Source: a virus
Length of the DNA stretch: 49,950 bases
Strand: one strand, 5' to 3'
UHGV virus genome: UHGV-0044897
Under the pieces are notes generated by a model. The model was not told where the DNA came from. It ran no database searches and saw only the letters and a program-made list of their open reading frames with translations. Position numbers and translations under genes: made by a program. This document shows positions 46,506 to 49,950 of the stretch, in pieces (positions within the stretch are counted from its first letter, which is position 1; each line of letters starts with the position of its first letter).

Positions 46506-48386
46506 TTAAATTCTTATAATTTTTACCTTTTTACTGTCATTTTTTTGCCCGACAAAATGTTTAATGTACATACATTCTTCGTCAATGCTATCGTCGTATT
46601 CGAGTTTTTGAGTGTAATCATACGATGTTAAGTATGTCATAAACTTACCCATTTCGCTTGACTGAGCAAACATTCCAAAACATGGGTAAACCATTACACG
46701 CTTAAAATAAGCCTCGTTTGCATATACAATCTCTTTCATTTTATCTTCTTTATTTTGCGTTGTATAAAACTCTTCTATTTCGCAAAAATCTGCGCCGGCT
46801 TTTGCCAATTTCGCTCTAAGCAAATTCCCCAATGATGTATCCGTGTTATTCTCAACGGCAAGCCTGACAATGTGGTGGTCAAGAACCTTTCTTACTATCT
46901 TGTCGTAAACGTCTTGCATTATAGTCAGTTCAAATATACAATCCACTAAATAGTGTTTCTCGATAACAACGCCATACTCATTCTCTTCTTTCCTTACTCT
47001 GTGGATCCCCAACGTTACGTAGTTTTTACCGCTTCTTGCCGGGTCAAGGCACGCCAATGAATATCCGGACAGCCCTGCCGGTAATTCTGAATATGTTTGC
47101 AGTTTATCGTAAGCCAACGGTGTTGTATCAGGATTTTGCGGGTTTTGTTGATACATTGCCTCAAACGTCTTATCATTAATAGCCCGCTTAGCCTCAAAGT
47201 GTTGAAGAGAAAATCTCAACGGGAAAGTTGACCTGTAGCTATCCATATCAATTGCCGGAACCTTTATAAACACACAATCGCCTTTTTCGTTTTTATAGGC
47301 ATACTTGAATATGTTCGTCCTAATAATCGTCCCGCCACTATAATGCCGTATCAGCGTTGAAACAATGTCGTTAATATTATAAGCGGTGCCACCGACAACA
47401 ATATAAAAATCATTTTCGTCATAATTACGGGTAGACCACTGGTTCCAATACATCTCAATATCAAACTGGTGTTGCTTAAGGTTAAGCATGTCTTTTGACC
47501 TGCAAATATCATCCAAAAACAGATATCTTGCTCTCACGCCATCGACAGGAGTATCTTTCGACACCACCCTGACATTCACAGGCTTATTACTATCCGTTAA
47601 CGTAATATATCCTTCCTTGTTTCGGCAAACAGAGAACATATCCATCGGATTTGCCCCGTCCTCAAAGTATTTAGCGTATAACGGAAAAACTTTCCCAAAA
47701 AACGGTTTTTGCATGACGTCAACTATTGTTTTCGTGTTGTTAGTCACCAAAGACGGGTTTCCAACTACCTTTAAGACATCGTTGTTCGGGTCTATCCCCA
47801 AAACCCACGCTATAGCCAATGCATCGCTTATAGATTTTCCGTAACCCACCGGGTATTGTTTACTAATAAAACGCACATTCTTTTTTATGACCATCTGCGT
47901 AAAGTAGTAGGCAAACGGGCTTGTCACGCCTGTGTACTTGTTGTCGTTGTAGGGGTCAATAGTATTGGCAAACACCTTTCGCGCATCCGGCAAATCTCTT
48001 TCCCACAACAAACAGAATGTTTCTAAGTTTCTGAACGCCACTAAGTACTCCAACTCTTCATACACGTTTATGTATTCCGAAATGTACCCTTTCAGTTGTT
48101 CCTTTTCCTCGTCATCAACTCTTCTGAGCTCAGTGGTAAGCGCCTTTATCTTGTCTTTGCATATCTTGAAATCATACCGCATTATCTGCCCAATAAGCTT
48201 TACAATTTCTTCTTCCAACCCGTTAGGCGCAAAATATTCGTGTATCTGCTTCTTGAACAACCCGGCTCTCATCCCCAACAAATCCAACACCGTTGCATCG
48301 TCATTGTAGCATTTCTGTATGAGCCGAACCTTGTCAAGCAAATCCCCGCTGCGCTCTATCGCCTCTTCATAGCTTTTCCCTTTCAT
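46506..48386 (-). CDS. terminase large subunit
   Basis: PVGYGKS, LFLDD, AMYQQNP, LDPARSGKNY, ENN, YDDSID. Confidence 0.9.
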   Translation of the reverse strand: MKGKSYEEAIERSGDLLDKVRLIQKCYNDDATVLDLLGMRAGLFKKQIHEYFAPNGLEEEIVKLIGQIMRYDFKICKDKIKALTTELRRVDDEEKEQLKGYISEYINVYEELEYLVAFRNLETFCLLWERDLPDARKVFANTIDPYNDNKYTGVTSPFAYYFTQMVIKKNVRFISKQYPVGYGKSISDALAIAWVLGIDPNNDVLKVVGNPSLVTNNTKTIVDVMQKPFFGKVFPLYAKYFEDGANPMDMFSVCRNKEGYITLTDSNKPVNVRVVSKDTPVDGVRARYLFLDDICRSKDMLNLKQHQFDIEMYWNQWSTRNYDENDFYIVVGGTAYNINDIVSTLIRHYSGGTIIRTNIFKYAYKNEKGDCVFIKVPAIDMDSYRSTFPLRFSLQHFEAKRAINDKTFEAMYQQNPQNPDTTPLAYDKLQTYSELPAGLSGYSLACLDPARSGKNYVTLGIHRVRKEENEYGVVIEKHYLVDCIFELTIMQDVYDKIVRKVLDHHIVRLAVENNTDTSLGNLLRAKLAKAGADFCEIEEFYTTQNKEDKMKEIVYANEAYFKRVMVYPCFGMFAQSSEMGKFMTYLTSYDYTQKLEYDDSIDEECMYIKHFVGQKNDSKKVKIIRI

Positions 48387-48543
48387 CCTCACTCTCCGTC
48401 TTTATCCTATACTTTCTACGCAATAACGGCACCGAAAACTCTATAAGCTTTACCACCGGCACCCCCTTTATCGCTTTTATCCTATTCAATTCCCGCCACG
48501 TTTCCTCATTAACCGGGATCGCCTTCATTTTTTTCTTTTCCAT
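48367..48543 (-). CDS. 58-aa ribbon-helix-helix-like regulator (not in ORF track)
   Basis: MEKKKMKAIPVNEETWRELNRIKAIKGVPVVKLIE...; GAGGAG RBS. Confidence 0.65.
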   Translation of the reverse strand: MEKKKMKAIPVNEETWRELNRIKAIKGVPVVKLIEFSVPLLRRKYRIKTESEDEREKL

Positions 48544-48568
48544 ATCTCTCTCCTCTTTGCTTTTTTAT

Positions 48569-48597
48569 ATTATACTATAACTTTTTACTTTTGTCAA
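48569..48597 (-). promoter_or_regulatory. promoter of the terminase/structural operon
   Basis: TTGACA, 17 nt, TATAAT. Confidence 0.85.
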
Positions 48598-48610
48598 GTG
48601 TTAATAATAG

Positions 48611-48638
48611 AAAAAACCCCGTACGGTTAGGCACGGGG
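48611..48638 (-). terminator. intrinsic terminator
   Basis: CCCCGTGC-CTAACC-GTACGGGG-TTTTTT. Confidence 0.85.
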
Positions 48639-48733
48639 AAAACGAAGAAATACGCATTCTTCCCTTTTCGCCCCCAAGATTTACCCTGAGGGCGCGGTGA
48701 GGGGGAAAATATGCAAAGGGAATTAACCCTACG
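48611..48733 (-). ncRNA. putative ~120-nt small RNA
   Basis: Own promoter and terminator; hairpins; no ORF or RBS. Confidence 0.6.
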
Positions 48734-48738
48734 CCACT

Positions 48739-48767
48739 ATTATACAAGCTCTTTCGGCTTTTGTCAA
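48739..48767 (-). promoter_or_regulatory. sigmaA promoter of the small RNA
   Basis: TTGACA, 17 nt, TATAAT. Confidence 0.85.
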
Positions 48768-49625
48768 CTATTTTTGCAACATTTATTACACCAATTTTTG
48801 CGATACACTCTATGCACTTTACCCAAATCGCATCCTACAAATATCACTTTTGTCCATATTTTTAAGCCCCAATGTTCGTTTTATCCATCCCCGCAAATGC
48901 CAATATTTGGGAATTTGAACCCCCGCCACGCAATTTTTTATTTACTACTATTGCTCTTTCACTACCCATCTCCTATTCCTGTAGCACTATCTCCAGATTA
49001 CTAATCCCATAGCTTATCATATCCCTCTTGCTATTCATAACTATAGCCCAGTCCCTCTTATTAACTCTCAAGACTTCTACTATCTACCCAATCCCCCATC
49101 CCCCCTTTCCCTTTGTTTTGTATTGCATTATATACTATTCTATTGCCTATTTATCTTGCTTTTATTGCTTATTTCTTGTGCTTTTTAGGTATATTTCGCT
49201 TAGTTTAGTGTAATTTAGCTTAGAGTATTTATTTTTTTGTGTATTTTTTGAGAGTATATTATGAGATTTTTTTTGTGTATTTTTTGAGAGAGTAATAGCA
49301 TAGTACTCTAAAAAACAAAAAATAGGGGCGGGCGGGCATAAAAACGCACCCACAACCACAGCCACAAGCGACAATGCCGAAATAACGCCGAAAAATAGCC
49401 CTAATTTCGGCGCAATATCTTTGGTAGGGTAAATTCACGTTTGAAATATTAAAACGAAATACGGGGCAAATTTAAGCGTTTTAAGGGCATACGGGGAAAG
49501 GCAGACGACGGAGCGGGCGGCAAAACGTATTACATAATATATATATTATATATCATTACGCACATAATGAATAATAATTGCGCTTGTATAAATATCAATA
49601 TAATTTACAACCAAATTAAACACGC

Positions 49626-49711
49626 GCGTATATCTATATTTACACGCTATTATTATATCAATATAACCGTATAGATAATATTACAAGCGTATATCTATAT
49701 TTACACGCTAT
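49626..49711. repeat. 25-bp direct repeat, 2 copies
   Basis: GCGTATATCTATATTTACACGCTAT at 49626 and 49687. Confidence 0.9.
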
Positions 49712-49950
49712 CTCTAAATCATTACAGCGTATAAGAAATCTTTACGCCAATATTTGAGAAATTAAACGCGGGAGGTTTTGCATAAGCCTGCCAAGATTTA
49801 CAGGCGTATCGCTTTATAATCTACTGCAAACAATACGCACACGACGGAGCGGACAACTTCCGCAATGCCAATATTTGAGAAAATGCCAATATTTGGGAAA
49901 CACTCACCCCGCGAAAAATGTTCGTTTTGTCCATCAATTTTGTCCATATT

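Noticed and set aside
48611..48733. tRNA
   Set aside because: No TTC T-loop, acceptor stem or CCA
48711..49374. ORFs in the right-end region
   Set aside because: Compositional artefacts of pyrimidine-rich, repetitive DNA

Overview
The window is most, probably nearly all, of a ~50 kb tailed dsDNA siphovirus-type phage genome. Consensus sigmaA promoters, GGAG RBSs and YopX, Gp157 and AbrB-like genes suggest a Firmicutes/Clostridia-type host. Nearly all genes are on the minus strand. Layout: a plus-strand FtsK operon (0.3-2.3 kb); an early, replication and DNA-modification arm (2.5-22.3 kb); divergent promoters and a structured ORF-free transcript (22.3-23.3 kb); an accessory cluster (23.6-28.4 kb); membrane and holin-like genes; tail, head, portal and terminase genes (30.8-48.4 kb); and a repeat-rich non-coding right end. 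I found no integrase, CI repressor, recognisable endolysin, tRNA or CRISPR array. Best candidates for new biology: (1) an Agr-like cassette of membrane protein, small peptide and AgrB-like protease fused to an HTH, upstream of a 7-gene cluster of unknown function; (2) a ~500-850 nt structured RNA with G-U-rich helices; (3) an ORF-less group I intron whose removal restores a 237-aa gene; (4) three anti-restriction or DNA-modification genes, each broken by one lesion, one of them at a canonical -1 slippery site. All family assignments are from motif recognition by eye, not database searches.
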